From Acidobacteriota bacterium (GTDB lineage: Bacteria > Acidobacteriota > UBA6911), in the NCBI GenBank assembly GCA_963664705.1, contig OY761556.1:3488001-3552000 (forward strand): a stretch of 64,000 nucleotides of DNA. Reading direction: 5' to 3'. A program made the position numbers and the translations under genes. Positions 1 to 11,413 of this stretch are shown here, piece by piece; the stretch's first letter is position 1; each line of letters begins with the position of its first letter. The notes beneath the pieces were generated by a model, which searched no databases, was not told the origin of the DNA, and worked only from the letters and a program-made list of their open reading frames with translations.

Positions 1-57
1 CACGGCGCTCCTGGCTGCCACAACTGGGCAAATTGGCATCGGAAGGGAGGTTTAAAG

Positions 58-489
58 CTATTCGCTCTTGGCGATAAAGCGTAGGAAATCGACGGTCGTG
101 ATTATCCCGATAACATGTCGATCCCCATCCAATACCGGCAAACAACCGACTCCATGGGACAGCATCAATTGTGCCGCTTCCGACAGGCTGATATCGCCGG
201 TGGCCGAAATAACTTGCCTCGTCATGATTTGGTGGACATGCCGGCTTAAGGTCGCCCGGTCCGCATTGTTTTCAGACAGCGTTCCTATCCTGGGACTGAT
301 AAAGTACCGAAGGTCCCGATCAGTTACCATTCCTGCCAGGCACTTATTCTCATCAACAACGGGAAGATGCCGAATTCGTCGGGAGGCGCACAATTCCATC
401 GCGCTGCCCAAAGTGAGATCCATATCGATGCTAACCACATCGCGCGCCATCACAGAATCGAGTCGTTGTTCCCGCACTATATCCTTCAT
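58..489 (-). CDS. CBS-domain pair protein (AcuB-like)
   Basis: Two CBS repeats: 'VMARDVVSI...IRHLPVVD...GMVTDRDL' and 'IMTRQVIS...VGCLPVLD...GIITTVDFL'. Confidence 0.9.
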   Translation of the reverse strand: MKDIVREQRLDSVMARDVVSIDMDLTLGSAMELCASRRIRHLPVVDENKCLAGMVTDRDLRYFISPRIGTLSENNADRATLSRHVHQIMTRQVISATGDISLSEAAQLMLSHGVGCLPVLDGDRHVIGIITTVDFLRFIAKSE

Positions 490-596
490 ATTTTGCTTAT
501 CGTCCGACCGGGGCTTCGGCAGAATTCATTTTTGTATGACATAAAAGGAATTCTCTGAAGGTGCGTCGTCAAGTACAATAAACAAGCCCGGAGGGC

Positions 597-1127
597 ATGG
601 ATATGGCTGAAAGGAAACTGGCGGATTCGGTCGCAGAACACAGAAAAAAATCGGAACAAAATGTTGGAGTGGCAGTCATCACCCTTTCCACATCCCGCTC
701 GCTGGATACGGACAAATCAGGGGACGTGATTCAGCAGCTTCTGGAACAGAATGGACACACGGTTCACGTGCGAAAGGTTATTCCCGACAGTCGCAATGTG
801 CTGCGCGCTACCTTGCGGGAATTGACGAGGGAAAAAAAGGTGCAGGCCATCATTACAAACGGCGGCACCGGCCTGTCGCCAATGGATGTAACGATAGAAG
901 CCGTGCAGGGAATGCTCGACAAGGAGCTGCCGGGATTCAATTCCCTCTTTATGCTGCTTAGCTACCCGCAGGTAAAAAGCGCAGCCATGCTGTCTCGCGC
1001 CCTGGCTGGTACCATCAAGGGCAAAATCATTTTCTGTCTCCCCGGAAGTCCCAGGGCCTGCAAACTCGCCACGGAATCCCTGATCCTGCCGGAACTGGGA
1101 CACATTCTGATGCTGTTGGGCAGCTAA
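597..1127 (+). CDS. moaB: Molybdenum cofactor biosynthesis protein, MoaB/MogA family
   Basis: 'VAVITLS...DKSG', 'IITNGGTGLSPMDVTIEA', 'AAMLSRALAG', 'IFCLPGSP' signature motifs. Confidence 0.9.
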   Translation: MDMAERKLADSVAEHRKKSEQNVGVAVITLSTSRSLDTDKSGDVIQQLLEQNGHTVHVRKVIPDSRNVLRATLRELTREKKVQAIITNGGTGLSPMDVTIEAVQGMLDKELPGFNSLFMLLSYPQVKSAAMLSRALAGTIKGKIIFCLPGSPRACKLATESLILPELGHILMLLGS

Positions 1128-1808
1128 ATGACGGTTCCTGCAATGCATCCATGCCGTCTTTTCATATTCGACCTCGACGGGACCCTGATAAACTCACGCG
1201 CCGACATTGCCCTTTCTCTGAATATTGCGCTTCAGCGTGTGTCGCTCCCGGTTTTATCGGAATCGTGCATAGCCGATTTTGTAGGGGAAGGCGTGCCCAG
1301 GCTTGTGCAACGAGCCATCAGTGCATCGGCAAAGCGTGAACCGGAAGCGGATCTGGTTCAAAAGGTCATGGCTCTGTTCCGCGAAGAATATGGACGACAC
1401 CTCCTGGATCAGACCTGCCTTTTCCCCGGCACCGAGGATGCCTTAAACCGCCTCTCATGGGCACAATTCGCAGTCGTATCCAATAAGCCCGAGCAGTTTT
1501 CGCGGCGCATTCTGGACAGCCTGGGCATTGGACATCGATTCCGCGTCATCTTCGGAGGCGACAGTGTTGAAAAACGCAAACCCGACCCCGAAGCTCTTTT
1601 AAAAGCAATGAAGATCTGCCGGACCTCGCCGTCCGAAACGGCCATGGTTGGAGACAGCGGGGTCGATATTCAAGCCGGCAAGGCCGCGGGGGCCCTCACT
1701 TGCGGAGTACTCGGGGGATTCCGCCCCAGGGAAGAACTCGAAGCGGCAGGCTGCGATTTGATTATTGAAAATCTGATGAATCTCGCCGATCACTTTTGCC
1801 CCGCATAA
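1128..1808 (+). CDS. HAD-superfamily phosphatase (phosphoglycolate phosphatase-like)
   Basis: FDLDGTL motif I, 'VVSNK' motif II, 'KPDP' and 'MVGDSGVDI' motifs III/IV. Confidence 0.9.
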   Translation: MTVPAMHPCRLFIFDLDGTLINSRADIALSLNIALQRVSLPVLSESCIADFVGEGVPRLVQRAISASAKREPEADLVQKVMALFREEYGRHLLDQTCLFPGTEDALNRLSWAQFAVVSNKPEQFSRRILDSLGIGHRFRVIFGGDSVEKRKPDPEALLKAMKICRTSPSETAMVGDSGVDIQAGKAAGALTCGVLGGFRPREELEAAGCDLIIENLMNLADHFCPA

Positions 1809-1874
1809 TATCGGGAACGCGGGACGGCCCGGAATCCGGATTCCAGATTTCGGATTCCAGATTCCAGACAATTA

Positions 1875-1891
1875 CTGCCGCGACGCGGCAG
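1875..1891 (-). promoter_or_regulatory. Candidate SECIS hairpin for the YbdD/YjiX gene
   Basis: On the minus strand: UGA + 11 nt + CUGCCGC-GUC-GCGGCAG (perfect 7-bp stem, G-first loop 19 nt after the UGA), located in the 3' UTR. Confidence 0.75.
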
Positions 1892-1896
1892 CCACT

Positions 1897-2073
1897 TTAG
1901 CATCAGCGGTGCGGACGGGAGTACTTTTCGTTCAGTCGGCTGACATAGAACTCGCCGGCGGTCTGTATCCGCACTCCAGGATGCTTCAGCCTTGCATGCT
2001 CGCAGTAGCGCGCATACTCGCCCTCTCCCATTATCTGCGCCAGCAGGTTCCACCATTTTCGTATCAGCTGCAT
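1897..2073 (-). CDS. YbdD/YjiX (Sel_put) family small protein, predicted selenoprotein ending R-U-C
   Basis: ATG 2073, 'MQLIRKWW...GEGEYARYCEHARLKHPG...EFYVSRLNEKYSRPHR', then TGA(1905-1903)-TGC-TAA. The family normally ends RCC and lies just downstream of cstA, as here. Confidence 0.85.
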
Positions 2074-2080
2074 AGGCCCC

Positions 2081-4159
2081 CTATTCGTACGCCGTAACCC
2101 GGTACTCCGCTTCGCACAGAACCGGCACCTTGCGTCGGCTGAGGATAGCAAGCCACTCGCGGGCGCAATCAAGGAGAATCACCAGCACCATGATTGCAAA
2201 AAGTCCTGTCACCGCGGCATCCAGACGATTATTGAATATTTGCCTGTGAACCATGGCTACCTGATTTACAGGAACCTTCCCGGCCTCGACCAGATGGGTC
2301 AACCGATTGGCTTCAGCGATAAATCCTATCCGCGGATCCGGATGAAAGATCTTCTGAATTCCAGCGGTCTGAGTCGCCAGCACAAGCCATAGCATCGGGA
2401 TGATGGTAATCCAGGCATGCCGGGCCTTGTTCATTTTGATCAGGATGCTGGTAGCCACGCACAGCGCCACGACCGCCAGCAATTGGTTGGCGATCCCGAA
2501 CAAGGGCCAAAGGCTGTTTATGCCTCCCAGGGGATCCATCACCCCCTGGTAGAGGAAATAGCCCCAGCCGGACACAATGAGCAGGCTGGAAAGGAGAACG
2601 CTGGGGTACCAGCTTGTGCGTCCCATCGGTTTCCAGACGTGCCCGAGAAGATCCTGCAGCAGAAACCGGCCCACACGGCTTCCGGCATCCAGCACTGTAA
2701 GAATGAACAGCGCCTCAAACATGATGGCAAAGTGGTACCAGTAGGCAGTCAGAGCATTGCCTCCAAGCGTTTTGGCAAAGATATGGGCCATTCCCACCGC
2801 GAGCGAAGGGGCGCCGCCCGTGCGCGCAAACATGGTCTGTTCTCCGACGAGACTGGTCAGATGCTGCATATCCGCAGGCGTGACCGTATATCCCCACGAG
2901 GAAATCATGGCTGTAGCCGCCACCGGATCGGTACCGACAATTCCTGCCGGGCTGTTAATGGCAAAATAGATGCCCGGCTGCAGCACACAAGCCGCAATCA
3001 TGGCCATAATCCCGACGAATGATTCCATCAGCATTGAACCATATCCAATCAGGCGCGCCTGACTCTCTTTCATGATCAATTTGGGCGTTGTCCCGGAAGA
3101 GATAAGAGCATGGAAGCCGGAGACGGCGCCGCAGGCAATCGTGATAAAGGCAAACGGAAATATCTTTCCGGAAAAAACCGGGCCCGTGCCATCCACAAAC
3201 CGCGATAAAGCAGGCATGGCAAGAGTCGGGTGAACCACCAGTATCCCCAAGGCCAGCAGCAGTATTGTCCCGAGCTTGATGAAGGTGCTCAAATAATCCC
3301 GCGGCGCAAGGAGGAGCCAGACCGGCAGAACAGACGCGGCAAATCCGTAGGCGATAATCATCAATGCAAGATGTCTGGCATCAAACGTAAACATGGACGC
3401 CAGGGCTGGAACTCGGGCAACGTATTGCCCGCCGACGACGGCCGCAAGCACCAGGATAAATCCCAGCAATGATGTTTCCAGAACTTTGCCCGGACGCAGG
3501 TACCGCAGATACACTCCCATCAACAGGGCAATGGGAATGGTCATTGCAAGTGTAAAAGTTCCCCAGGGGCTTGATTTGAGCGCGTTGGTGATAACAAGCG
3601 CGATAACAGCAAGAAGGATGACAAGAATGGAGATGATAGCGCACAGGGCCGTTAGGCCGGCAATGGGCCCGACTTCCTCTTTGGCAATCTGTCCCAGCGA
3701 TTTTCCGTTTCGTCGCATGGAAGCAAACAGAATAACAAAATCCTGTACACATCCACCCAGAACGGCTCCGATGATCAGCCACAGCGTGCCCGGCAGATAG
3801 CCCAACTGTGCGGCTAACGTGGGGCCCACAAGCGGGCCAGGACCCGCGATAGCGGCAAAATGATGACCCAGGAGTATCCACTTATTCGTCGGAACGAAAT
3901 CGCGCCCGTCCTCCAGCCTTTCCGCGGGAGTGGCTCGCGTGTCATCCAGCTGCATGACCTTGAACGCAATGAAACGGCTGTAAAAGCGATAACCGACCAG
4001 ATAAACACACACCGAGGCAACGATGATCCACATTGCGTTGATCGGCTCGCGTCGGTTCAAGGCTACCGCACCGAGTGCGCTCGCGCCGAGCACGCTGATC
4101 ACAATCCATACGAGGATGCGAACACCCCTGCGCCAACTGTTCTTTGCGAAAGAACTCAT
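2081..4159 (-). CDS. cstA: Carbon starvation protein A / YjiY(BtsT)-type peptide or pyruvate transporter
   Basis: '[37 protein letters not shown]', '[23 protein letters not shown]', '[13 protein letters not shown]'. Start placed at ATG 4159 after an AAGGAG RBS. Confidence 0.95.
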   Translation of the reverse strand: MSSFAKNSWRRGVRILVWIVISVLGASALGAVALNRREPINAMWIIVASVCVYLVGYRFYSRFIAFKVMQLDDTRATPAERLEDGRDFVPTNKWILLGHHFAAIAGPGPLVGPTLAAQLGYLPGTLWLIIGAVLGGCVQDFVILFASMRRNGKSLGQIAKEEVGPIAGLTALCAIISILVILLAVIALVITNALKSSPWGTFTLAMTIPIALLMGVYLRYLRPGKVLETSLLGFILVLAAVVGGQYVARVPALASMFTFDARHLALMIIAYGFAASVLPVWLLLAPRDYLSTFIKLGTILLLALGILVVHPTLAMPALSRFVDGTGPVFSGKIFPFAFITIACGAVSGFHALISSGTTPKLIMKESQARLIGYGSMLMESFVGIMAMIAACVLQPGIYFAINSPAGIVGTDPVAATAMISSWGYTVTPADMQHLTSLVGEQTMFARTGGAPSLAVGMAHIFAKTLGGNALTAYWYHFAIMFEALFILTVLDAGSRVGRFLLQDLLGHVWKPMGRTSWYPSVLLSSLLIVSGWGYFLYQGVMDPLGGINSLWPLFGIANQLLAVVALCVATSILIKMNKARHAWITIIPMLWLVLATQTAGIQKIFHPDPRIGFIAEANRLTHLVEAGKVPVNQVAMVHRQIFNNRLDAAVTGLFAIMVLVILLDCAREWLAILSRRKVPVLCEAEYRVTAYE

Positions 4160-4415
4160 ACTTGCTCCTTCAGAAGATTTTGCCGTAAAAGCCAAGAGCC
4201 TAGTGCGTTCTTGTCCATATTTCAACCATTTGCAGTCAGAAGACGCCATTGCCCAGGCGATTTGTGGAATTTTTCGCCCGGGGGCATGGGAGCCGGCTAC
4301 AGATTTCCAAATGAATCTCTTGATCGCAAGATCGAATTGCCTATAAATAATAAAGGAGGGTTCCCTCCCAGAATTCTCCGTGATATTGTTTTTGCATCCC
4401 TCCTGGAAAAAGACT

Positions 4416-5075
4416 ATGGCCAAGACAGTCGCTCTTTACAGATTATCGATCGGACAAAAGTTGGTTTCAGCAATCACGGGGTTGTTTCTATGCGCGTTCC
4501 TCGTGGTGCACATTTCAGGGAATCTACTGCTATTCAAAAACGACGACGGCCTGGCATTCAATGCCTACGCCACCGCCAATGCTTCCAGCCTGCTGATCCG
4601 GACAATTGAGATAGGGCTTTTTGCGGGATTCTGTATCCATATTTTTTGGGGCATCCAGTTCTGGTTCTTCAACCACCGCGCGCGCCCGAAGAACTATGAA
4701 GTCCGTCATGCTTCGGAAAACAGTGATCTGTTCTCCCGGATCATGCTTTTGTCAGGCAGCCTCGTTCTGCTTTTCCTGGTAGTGCACCTGAAAAGCTTTT
4801 GGGTTCCCATGCGCTTTACAGGCGGCAAAGAGGTTTCGGATTACCTGATCGTGCAGACTGCATTCCAGAACCCTCTGTACGATGTTTTCTATATCGCCTG
4901 CCTGGCGCTGCTTGCATTCCATCTGCGCCAGGGATTCCAGTCGGCTTTTCAAACGCTTGGAATTCGCTCCATCTGGCGAATGGCCATTGAGACCGTCGCG
5001 GTCATCTTCTGGCTGTTTATACCGATTGGATTTGCAACCATGCCGCTGTATTTCCTTCTGAAGGGAGCTCGATGA
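4416..5075 (+). CDS. sdhC: Succinate dehydrogenase/fumarate reductase cytochrome b subunit
   Basis: '[24 protein letters not shown]', heme-ligand His residues, '[14 protein letters not shown]'; first gene before the flavoprotein. Confidence 0.9.
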   Translation: MAKTVALYRLSIGQKLVSAITGLFLCAFLVVHISGNLLLFKNDDGLAFNAYATANASSLLIRTIEIGLFAGFCIHIFWGIQFWFFNHRARPKNYEVRHASENSDLFSRIMLLSGSLVLLFLVVHLKSFWVPMRFTGGKEVSDYLIVQTAFQNPLYDVFYIACLALLAFHLRQGFQSAFQTLGIRSIWRMAIETVAVIFWLFIPIGFATMPLYFLLKGAR

Positions 5076-6991
5076 CAATGGACCTGAATGCAAGAGTTCC
5101 GGAAGGCCCTATCGAGAAAAAATGGGATTCATACCGGTTCAACATGAAGCTGGTAAATCCCGCGAATAAACGAAAATATCACATCATCGTCGTAGGCACC
5201 GGGCTGGCAGGATCCTCGGCGGCAGCATCCCTGGCAGAGTTGGGATACCGGGTAACGGCGCTGTGCTATCACGAATCCCCGCGTCGCGCACACAGTATCG
5301 CCGCCCAGGGCGGAATCAATGCACCCAAAAACTATGCCAACGATGGAGACAGCGTTTTTCGCCTTTTCTATGACACGGTCAAAGGCGGCGACTATCGCTC
5401 CCGCGAGGCAAATGTCTACCGGCTGGCCCAGGTCAGCGGCAGCATCATTGATCAGTGCGTCGCCCAGGGCGTCCCCTTTGCCCGCGAGTATGGAGGCCTC
5501 CTCGAAACGCGTTCATTTGGAGGCACGCAGGTTTCCCGCACGTTCTATGCTCGCGGCCAGACCGGCCAGCAGCTGCTTTTGGGTGCATACCAGTCCCTCA
5601 GCCGACAGATTGCCCTGGGAAATGTGCAGCTATTGGGCCGGAGAGAAATGCTGGACCTCGTCGTCATCGATGGACAGGCGCGAGGCATTGTTATACGAAA
5701 TCTTCTGAACGGAAAAATCGAGTCGCTGGTCGGAGATGCTGTGGTTCTGGCTACAGGCGGCTATTCCAACGTATTTTATCTCTCGACCAACGCAAGAATG
5801 TCTAATGCGACCGCGATCTGGCGCGCCTATAAGCGAGGCGCCTATTTTGCGAATCCCTGCTTTACCCAGATTCACCCGACCTGCATTCCCCTTTCCAGTG
5901 AACACCAATCCAAACTCACATTGATGAGCGAGAGCCTTCGCAATGATGGTCGCATCTGGGTTCCCAAAGCCAAAGGCGACAAACGGAATCCCAGCCAGAT
6001 TCCGGAAGCCGACAGAGACTACTACCTGGAGCGGCTCTATCCATCCTTCGGCAACCTGGTACCACGCGATGTTGCCTCGCGCAGAGCGAAAGAGATGTGT
6101 GACAAAGGCCTGGGAGTCGGACCAACCGGAGTGGCGGTGTACCTGGATTTCCGCGATACGATTGCCCGCCATGGGAAATCCTGGATCGTGGAAAAATATG
6201 AAAACCTCTTCGACATGTATCAACAGATCACGGGAGAAAATGCCTTTGAATCACCCATGCGGATCTACCCGGCCCTTCACTACACGATGGGAGGCCTATG
6301 GGTGGACTACGGCCTCATGAGCTCGATCCCTGGATTGTTCGTGATCGGAGAAGCCAACTTCTCGGATCACGGTGCCAACAGACTGGGAGCGAGCGCCCTG
6401 ATGCAGGGGCTTGCCGACGGGTATTTCATCCTGCCGTATACGATAGGCGACTACCTGGCAACCGGCAGATTCCCGGCAGTCGATAGCGCACATGCCGCCT
6501 TTAGAGATGCGGAACAGGAGGTTGCCACTGCCATTCATAAACTGATGAATCTGCCCGGGAAGCGGGCGGTCGATGACTTCCATAAAGAACTCGGAAAAAT
6601 TTTATGGGAATACTGCGGCATGGCCCGGAATGCATCCGGCTTAAAAAAGGCACTCGACCTGATCCCGAAATTGCGAGAGGAATTCTGGCGCGATGTTCGG
6701 ATCCCGGGAAGTTCGGAAGATTTTAATCAGGAAGTTGAAAAAGCTCAACGCCTGGCCGACTTTCTGGAACTGGGACAACTTGTGGTCGAGGACGCGCTTC
6801 ATCGCGAGGAATCCTGCGGCGGGCATTTTCGCGAGGAACACCAAACCGATGAAAACGAAGCCAAACGGGATGATGAGCATTACGGCTATGTTGCGGCGTG
6901 GGAATTCCAGGGGACCGGGAACCCTCCCAGGCTGAACAAGGAACCGCTCGAGTTCGAATATGCAAAGCCTTCCCAAAGGAGCTATAAGTAA
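5072..6991 (+). CDS. sdhA: Succinate dehydrogenase/fumarate reductase flavoprotein subunit
   Basis: VGTGLAG FAD motif, '[13 protein letters not shown]', 'QIHPT', 'HYTMGG', 'HGANRLG', '[10 protein letters not shown]'. Confidence 0.97.
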   Translation: MTMDLNARVPEGPIEKKWDSYRFNMKLVNPANKRKYHIIVVGTGLAGSSAAASLAELGYRVTALCYHESPRRAHSIAAQGGINAPKNYANDGDSVFRLFYDTVKGGDYRSREANVYRLAQVSGSIIDQCVAQGVPFAREYGGLLETRSFGGTQVSRTFYARGQTGQQLLLGAYQSLSRQIALGNVQLLGRREMLDLVVIDGQARGIVIRNLLNGKIESLVGDAVVLATGGYSNVFYLSTNARMSNATAIWRAYKRGAYFANPCFTQIHPTCIPLSSEHQSKLTLMSESLRNDGRIWVPKAKGDKRNPSQIPEADRDYYLERLYPSFGNLVPRDVASRRAKEMCDKGLGVGPTGVAVYLDFRDTIARHGKSWIVEKYENLFDMYQQITGENAFESPMRIYPALHYTMGGLWVDYGLMSSIPGLFVIGEANFSDHGANRLGASALMQGLADGYFILPYTIGDYLATGRFPAVDSAHAAFRDAEQEVATAIHKLMNLPGKRAVDDFHKELGKILWEYCGMARNASGLKKALDLIPKLREEFWRDVRIPGSSEDFNQEVEKAQRLADFLELGQLVVEDALHREESCGGHFREEHQTDENEAKRDDEHYGYVAAWEFQGTGNPPRLNKEPLEFEYAKPSQRSYK

Positions 6992-7735
6992 ATGATGCGT
7001 ATCACTCTCAGAATCTGGCGCCAGAAAGATGGGAAAAGCGAGGGGAAGCTGGTCAATTATGAACTCTCGAATGTCACACCCGACATGTCTTTCCTGGAAA
7101 TGATGGATCTTCTCAACCTCGAACTCGCACGCAAAGGAGAGGATACGATCGCTTTCGACAGCGACTGCCGTGAAGGCATCTGTGGAACCTGCTGCCTTCA
7201 GATCAACGGGAGGCCGCATGGACCGCTGCGCGGCGTCGCATCCTGTCAATTGCACATGCGCAGTTTTAAGGACGGCGATACCATTGTCGTGGAACCCTTC
7301 CGGGCAAAGGCGTTTCCGTTGATTAAAGACCTGGTCATCGATCGCACCGCCTTCGAACGCATCATTCAGTCCGGAGGTTACATCGCCGTTAAAACCGGCG
7401 GCACACCTGATGCCAACGCAATCCCAATTCCCAAGCTTGTCGGGGAGGCTGCCTTTGAATCCGCCGCCTGTATTGGCTGCGGCGCCTGCGTAGCTGCCTG
7501 CAAAAATGCCTCTGCCATGCTTTTTGTATCTTCCAAGGTCGCCCACCTCGGGATGCTCCCCCAGGGAAACGCGGAACGCAAGCAGCGCGTGGCGAATATG
7601 GTCGCCCAAATGGACGCGGAGGGATTTGGAGGCTGCTCCAATACCTATGCGTGCGAGGTGGAATGCCCTAAGCTCATTTCCGTGGATAACATTTCATATT
7701 TGAATCGCGAGCTTATCCGCGCGAAACTTTTCTGA
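6992..7735 (+). CDS. sdhB: Succinate dehydrogenase/fumarate reductase iron-sulfur subunit
   Basis: '[10 protein letters not shown]' 2Fe-2S motif, '[11 protein letters not shown]' and '[14 protein letters not shown]'. Confidence 0.97.
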   Translation: MMRITLRIWRQKDGKSEGKLVNYELSNVTPDMSFLEMMDLLNLELARKGEDTIAFDSDCREGICGTCCLQINGRPHGPLRGVASCQLHMRSFKDGDTIVVEPFRAKAFPLIKDLVIDRTAFERIIQSGGYIAVKTGGTPDANAIPIPKLVGEAAFESAACIGCGACVAACKNASAMLFVSSKVAHLGMLPQGNAERKQRVANMVAQMDAEGFGGCSNTYACEVECPKLISVDNISYLNRELIRAKLF

Positions 7736-7798
7736 GAATCAAAGAGTGGAATTCCAAATCCGAGATCTGGATTCCGTCCCCTCTGGTACACTAAAAAC

Positions 7799-8275
7799 AT
7801 GCGCATCAGTGCCGGATTGCTCATGTATCGCTTCCATAATGGAGAGACCCAGGTCTTTCTTGCTCATCCCGGCGGTCCGCTCTTCCGGAAAAAAGATGAT
7901 GGTCACTGGACAATTCCAAAAGGCGAACTGCCGGAAGGGGAATCTCTGCTGGCTGCCGCACTTCGGGAGTTCGAAGAGGAAACGGGGATCAAACCACACG
8001 GCACTTTTCTCGAACTGGGATCTATCCGGCAGAAGAGCGGCAAGGTCGTCCATGCATGGGCCTTCGAGGGCAATCCGGATGAATCGCAGCCGATTCGGAG
8101 CAATACTTTTGAAATGGAATGGCCACCCGGATCAGGAATCCGGCAGCACTTCCCGGAAGTCGATCGTGCCTGCTTTTTTTCGCTGCCCGAAGCCAAGGGA
8201 AAATTGAAAGATACCCAGTGGCCGCTTGTCGAGCGCCTGGTTTCGATCCTGGAAGGCGCGGCCCAAAAGGAGTGA
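7799..8275 (+). CDS. NUDIX hydrolase
   Basis: 'FLAHPGGP...WTIPKGE...AAALREFEEETG' Nudix box; 'EWPPGSG...FPEVDR'. Confidence 0.9.
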   Translation: MRISAGLLMYRFHNGETQVFLAHPGGPLFRKKDDGHWTIPKGELPEGESLLAAALREFEEETGIKPHGTFLELGSIRQKSGKVVHAWAFEGNPDESQPIRSNTFEMEWPPGSGIRQHFPEVDRACFFSLPEAKGKLKDTQWPLVERLVSILEGAAQKE

Positions 8276-8277
8276 CA

Positions 8278-9552
8278 ATGCGAGTGCTGATGATATCCGG
8301 CAACCGTGAAGATGTTGATATCCGAGTCCCCGCACTGGGGCTGGCTTGTGTGGCCGCCGCAGCCGAGAATGCCGGCCATGAAACGCGCCTCCTGGACCTG
8401 ATGACCACAGAGTCTCCACGAGAGGCTGTTGCAGAATGCATTCGTCAGTTTCAGCCGCAAACCATCGGCCTCTCAGTGCGAAATATCGACGATCAGCGAA
8501 TGCGGAATACCAGATTTCTTCTCGATCAGGCTGGCGATGCAGTCACCTGGTGCCGTGAATCCACGGATGCTCCGATCGTACTCGGCGGCGCTGGATTCAG
8601 TATTCTTCCGCAACCCATCCTGGATTATCTCGGAGCCGAAATGGGCATCCAGGGGGAAGGAGAAGCCGTTTTCCCTGAGCTTCTCAAACGCATTGACAAG
8701 GGTGAAGATGCCACCGATATTCCAGGGGTTTTTCAGAAAGGCAAGCCGGCTCCGATCAAACGATTGTTTACCAAGGGACTGGATGCATTCCCTCTCCCCG
8801 ATCCTTCCCTGCTGGCTCGCTCCCTGACCGGCGCCAAAGACGCTCCAGTCCCGGTACAAACCCGACGTGGTTGTCCGCTTTCCTGCAGTTATTGCTCCAC
8901 GCCGACTATCGAGGGCAAGTTGGTTCGCTGGCGCTCTCCGGAGACCATCGTGGCGTGGATGAGCCGCTGGGTCGAGGAGGGGTTTCGCTATTTCTATTTT
9001 GTCGATAATACCTTTAATCTGCCGCCTGCCTATGCGAGACAATTGTGCACCAGGATCCTGGAGGCGGGATTGGAAATCACGTGGAGATGCATCCTCTTCC
9101 CTGGCGGTCTTGACGAACGGGTTATCGAAATGATGGCCCGGGCAGGATGCAAAGAAGTCAGCCTCGGATTCGAAAGCGGGTCCGAGAACATCCTTCAGGG
9201 AATGAGGAAGCCTTTCGCTCAACGAGAAATTATTGCTGCATCCCAGTCACTGCGGCGCTTTGGCATCCGAACGATGGGATTCCTTCTGCTCGGCGGACCG
9301 GGCGAAACAAAGGAATCCGTGCGGCAGAGCCTGATGTTCGCCGAATCTCTCAATCTGGACAGCATGAAATTGAGCGTAGGTATCCGCATTTATCCGCACA
9401 CCGAAGTGGCTCGACTCGCCTTGCAGGAAAACCTGATCACTTCGGAGCAGGATCTTCTTTCGCCCAGATTTTATGTGGCCAATGGTCTGCAGGACTGGAT
9501 CTACGAGACTGTATCGGACTGTATCGCCGACAAACCGAACTGGATTTTTTAA
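8278..9552 (+). CDS. B12-binding domain radical SAM protein
   Basis: N-terminal 'LGLACVAA...IGLSVRNID...IVLGGAGFS' cobalamin-binding domain; 'QTRRGCPLSCSYC' CxxxCxxC; 'FVDNTFN', 'LGFESGS'. Start ATG 8278 after AAGGAG. Confidence 0.9.
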   Translation: MRVLMISGNREDVDIRVPALGLACVAAAAENAGHETRLLDLMTTESPREAVAECIRQFQPQTIGLSVRNIDDQRMRNTRFLLDQAGDAVTWCRESTDAPIVLGGAGFSILPQPILDYLGAEMGIQGEGEAVFPELLKRIDKGEDATDIPGVFQKGKPAPIKRLFTKGLDAFPLPDPSLLARSLTGAKDAPVPVQTRRGCPLSCSYCSTPTIEGKLVRWRSPETIVAWMSRWVEEGFRYFYFVDNTFNLPPAYARQLCTRILEAGLEITWRCILFPGGLDERVIEMMARAGCKEVSLGFESGSENILQGMRKPFAQREIIAASQSLRRFGIRTMGFLLLGGPGETKESVRQSLMFAESLNLDSMKLSVGIRIYPHTEVARLALQENLITSEQDLLSPRFYVANGLQDWIYETVSDCIADKPNWIF

Positions 9553-9763
9553 AAGTGACGCGATAGATTTGAAGTCAGGAGGCCTGGAATCTGGGATCGG
9601 GAAAGCCTTGTCATTTCCGGCTTTCCGGCATCCGGCTTCTTAAGTATGCAATGACTTCGGCTTTGCTTATTGGTACAATTCAGTTCCCCCCTATTTTGGC
9701 TCATTTCATCGAGGTCCGATTTCTATTCGAATCTTCATTCATTCCTTGATTTGAAGGATTCAT

Positions 9764-11386
9764 ATGTCAAAAAGAATATCAACACAGGTGCAGCGATCCG
9801 TCCTGGCATGCGTTGCAGACAATGATGATTTACGCGTTCTCCAAAGCGCGCTGGCGTCACAATCGGCGGAGGCCATTGTATGCCGGGACATGCCTGAGCT
9901 GTGCGCCATGATTTCCGACCAGGCTGAAGCTGTCTTCATCGGCAGCGAAATACTTGCGCCGGAATCAAACCCACTTCTTGCTCAGGCGCTGCAGGCTCAG
10001 CCGGACTGGTCGGACATTCCAGTCATCTTATCCGTTCCAACGGGTGTGGAGGCTCCTTTGGCTGCGCAGGCAGCCAAAGAACTGGGGAACCTGTTCATTC
10101 TGGACCATCCGGTTACGCACGCTGCAATAAAAAGCGCCTTGCTGCCCGCGTTCAGGAGTCGGGAACGACAACGCTGGATCCGCGATCTCATGAAGGAATG
10201 CGAACATGCCACGAGATCCCTGCAGGAGTCCCGCAGGCAAATGGAACTGGCGGTTCAGGAGCGCACAAACGAATTGACCGAGGAAGCATCTCAACTGCGC
10301 CGCCTGACGGGCGCCCTGATTGTCAGCGAACAAAATGAACGCCGCCGTCTGGCAAAGGCCCTGCATGATAACCTTCAGCAACTGCTGGCCAGCGCCAAGT
10401 ACCGCGCGGCTTCGCTAAACCGGGTGGACAATCCGCCGGTAAAAGCCGCAGCACTGGAAATTGAGACAATGCTTGCGGAAGCCATGGAGGCCTCACGTTC
10501 GCTTGCATCGGAATTGACGCCACCTATCATTCACGAAAGCGGGCTTCGGACCGGAATGGAATGGCTGGTCAGCTATATGTCGGCGCAACATGGTTTCTCC
10601 GTCCGATTACAGATGAGAGAAGACTTCAGCCAGATCGATGAAAACCTACGGGTACTCCTCTTCGACTCAACCCGGGAACTCCTTTTGAACGCGTTGAAAC
10701 ACGGCAAGGTCAAATCCGCGGAACTCCTGGTACAACGGAATTCGGAGAATATGGTCGAAATACAAGTCGTAGATGAGGGCCCCGGTTTCCCGCTCGTTCC
10801 TGAACAGAAAGGCCTTGGGCTATTCAGAATCCGCCACAGGCTGGAGTTGATCAGCGGAAGACTTAGCATCGAAAGTACTCCGGGGAAAGGATCTCGCGTG
10901 CTGATTCACATGCCGGTTGCAGCCGCGAGTTCTGCAACCACGGATTCACAGCTGCTGGCCGAAGAAATCTCCAGATCCGACAGGCTGCTTGCCGGCATGA
11001 TCCGACTGCTGATTGTCGATGACCACGCCGTTATGAGGCAGGGGCTGTCTACTTCTCTCGGGCAGGAACCGGATATGACAATTATCGGAGAAGCAACAGA
11101 CGGCAAGACAGCCATTGAGAAAGCCCGCGGCCTGAATCCGGATGTCATCCTGATGGATCTTGGCATGCCTAAAATGAGCGGCATTGAGGCAACGCGGGTC
11201 ATTCATTCTGAAATGCCGAAAGTGCGCGTCATCGGATTATCCATGTTTGATGAAAAAGAACAGGCAAACGCCATGTTCGAAGCCGGAGCGGTCGCGTATT
11301 TAAGCAAGGGCTGTTCGGTGGATGCATTGACATCCACCATTCGACGCTGTGTCGGAAAATCCGAACTGCCGGTGGGTTCGGTGTAG
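9764..11386 (+). CDS. Hybrid sensor histidine kinase/response regulator (HisKA_3, HATPase, C-terminal REC)
   Basis: 'ERRRLAKALHDNLQQ' H-box, 'ELLLNALKHG', 'DEGPGF', 'GLGL'; C-terminal 'LLIVDDH...DVILMDLGMPKMSG'. Confidence 0.9.
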   Translation: MSKRISTQVQRSVLACVADNDDLRVLQSALASQSAEAIVCRDMPELCAMISDQAEAVFIGSEILAPESNPLLAQALQAQPDWSDIPVILSVPTGVEAPLAAQAAKELGNLFILDHPVTHAAIKSALLPAFRSRERQRWIRDLMKECEHATRSLQESRRQMELAVQERTNELTEEASQLRRLTGALIVSEQNERRRLAKALHDNLQQLLASAKYRAASLNRVDNPPVKAAALEIETMLAEAMEASRSLASELTPPIIHESGLRTGMEWLVSYMSAQHGFSVRLQMREDFSQIDENLRVLLFDSTRELLLNALKHGKVKSAELLVQRNSENMVEIQVVDEGPGFPLVPEQKGLGLFRIRHRLELISGRLSIESTPGKGSRVLIHMPVAAASSATTDSQLLAEEISRSDRLLAGMIRLLIVDDHAVMRQGLSTSLGQEPDMTIIGEATDGKTAIEKARGLNPDVILMDLGMPKMSGIEATRVIHSEMPKVRVIGLSMFDEKEQANAMFEAGAVAYLSKGCSVDALTSTIRRCVGKSELPVGSV

Positions 11387-11413
11387 CCGTCCAGGCGGAG
11401 TGTTTGCAAATGT

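Noticed and set aside
6641-7609. Long antisense ORFs (e.g. 6641-7609, 35352-36395, 19510-20451, 32981-33928)
   Set aside because: They are shadow frames of well-supported genes in a GC-rich genome and show no recognisable motifs.
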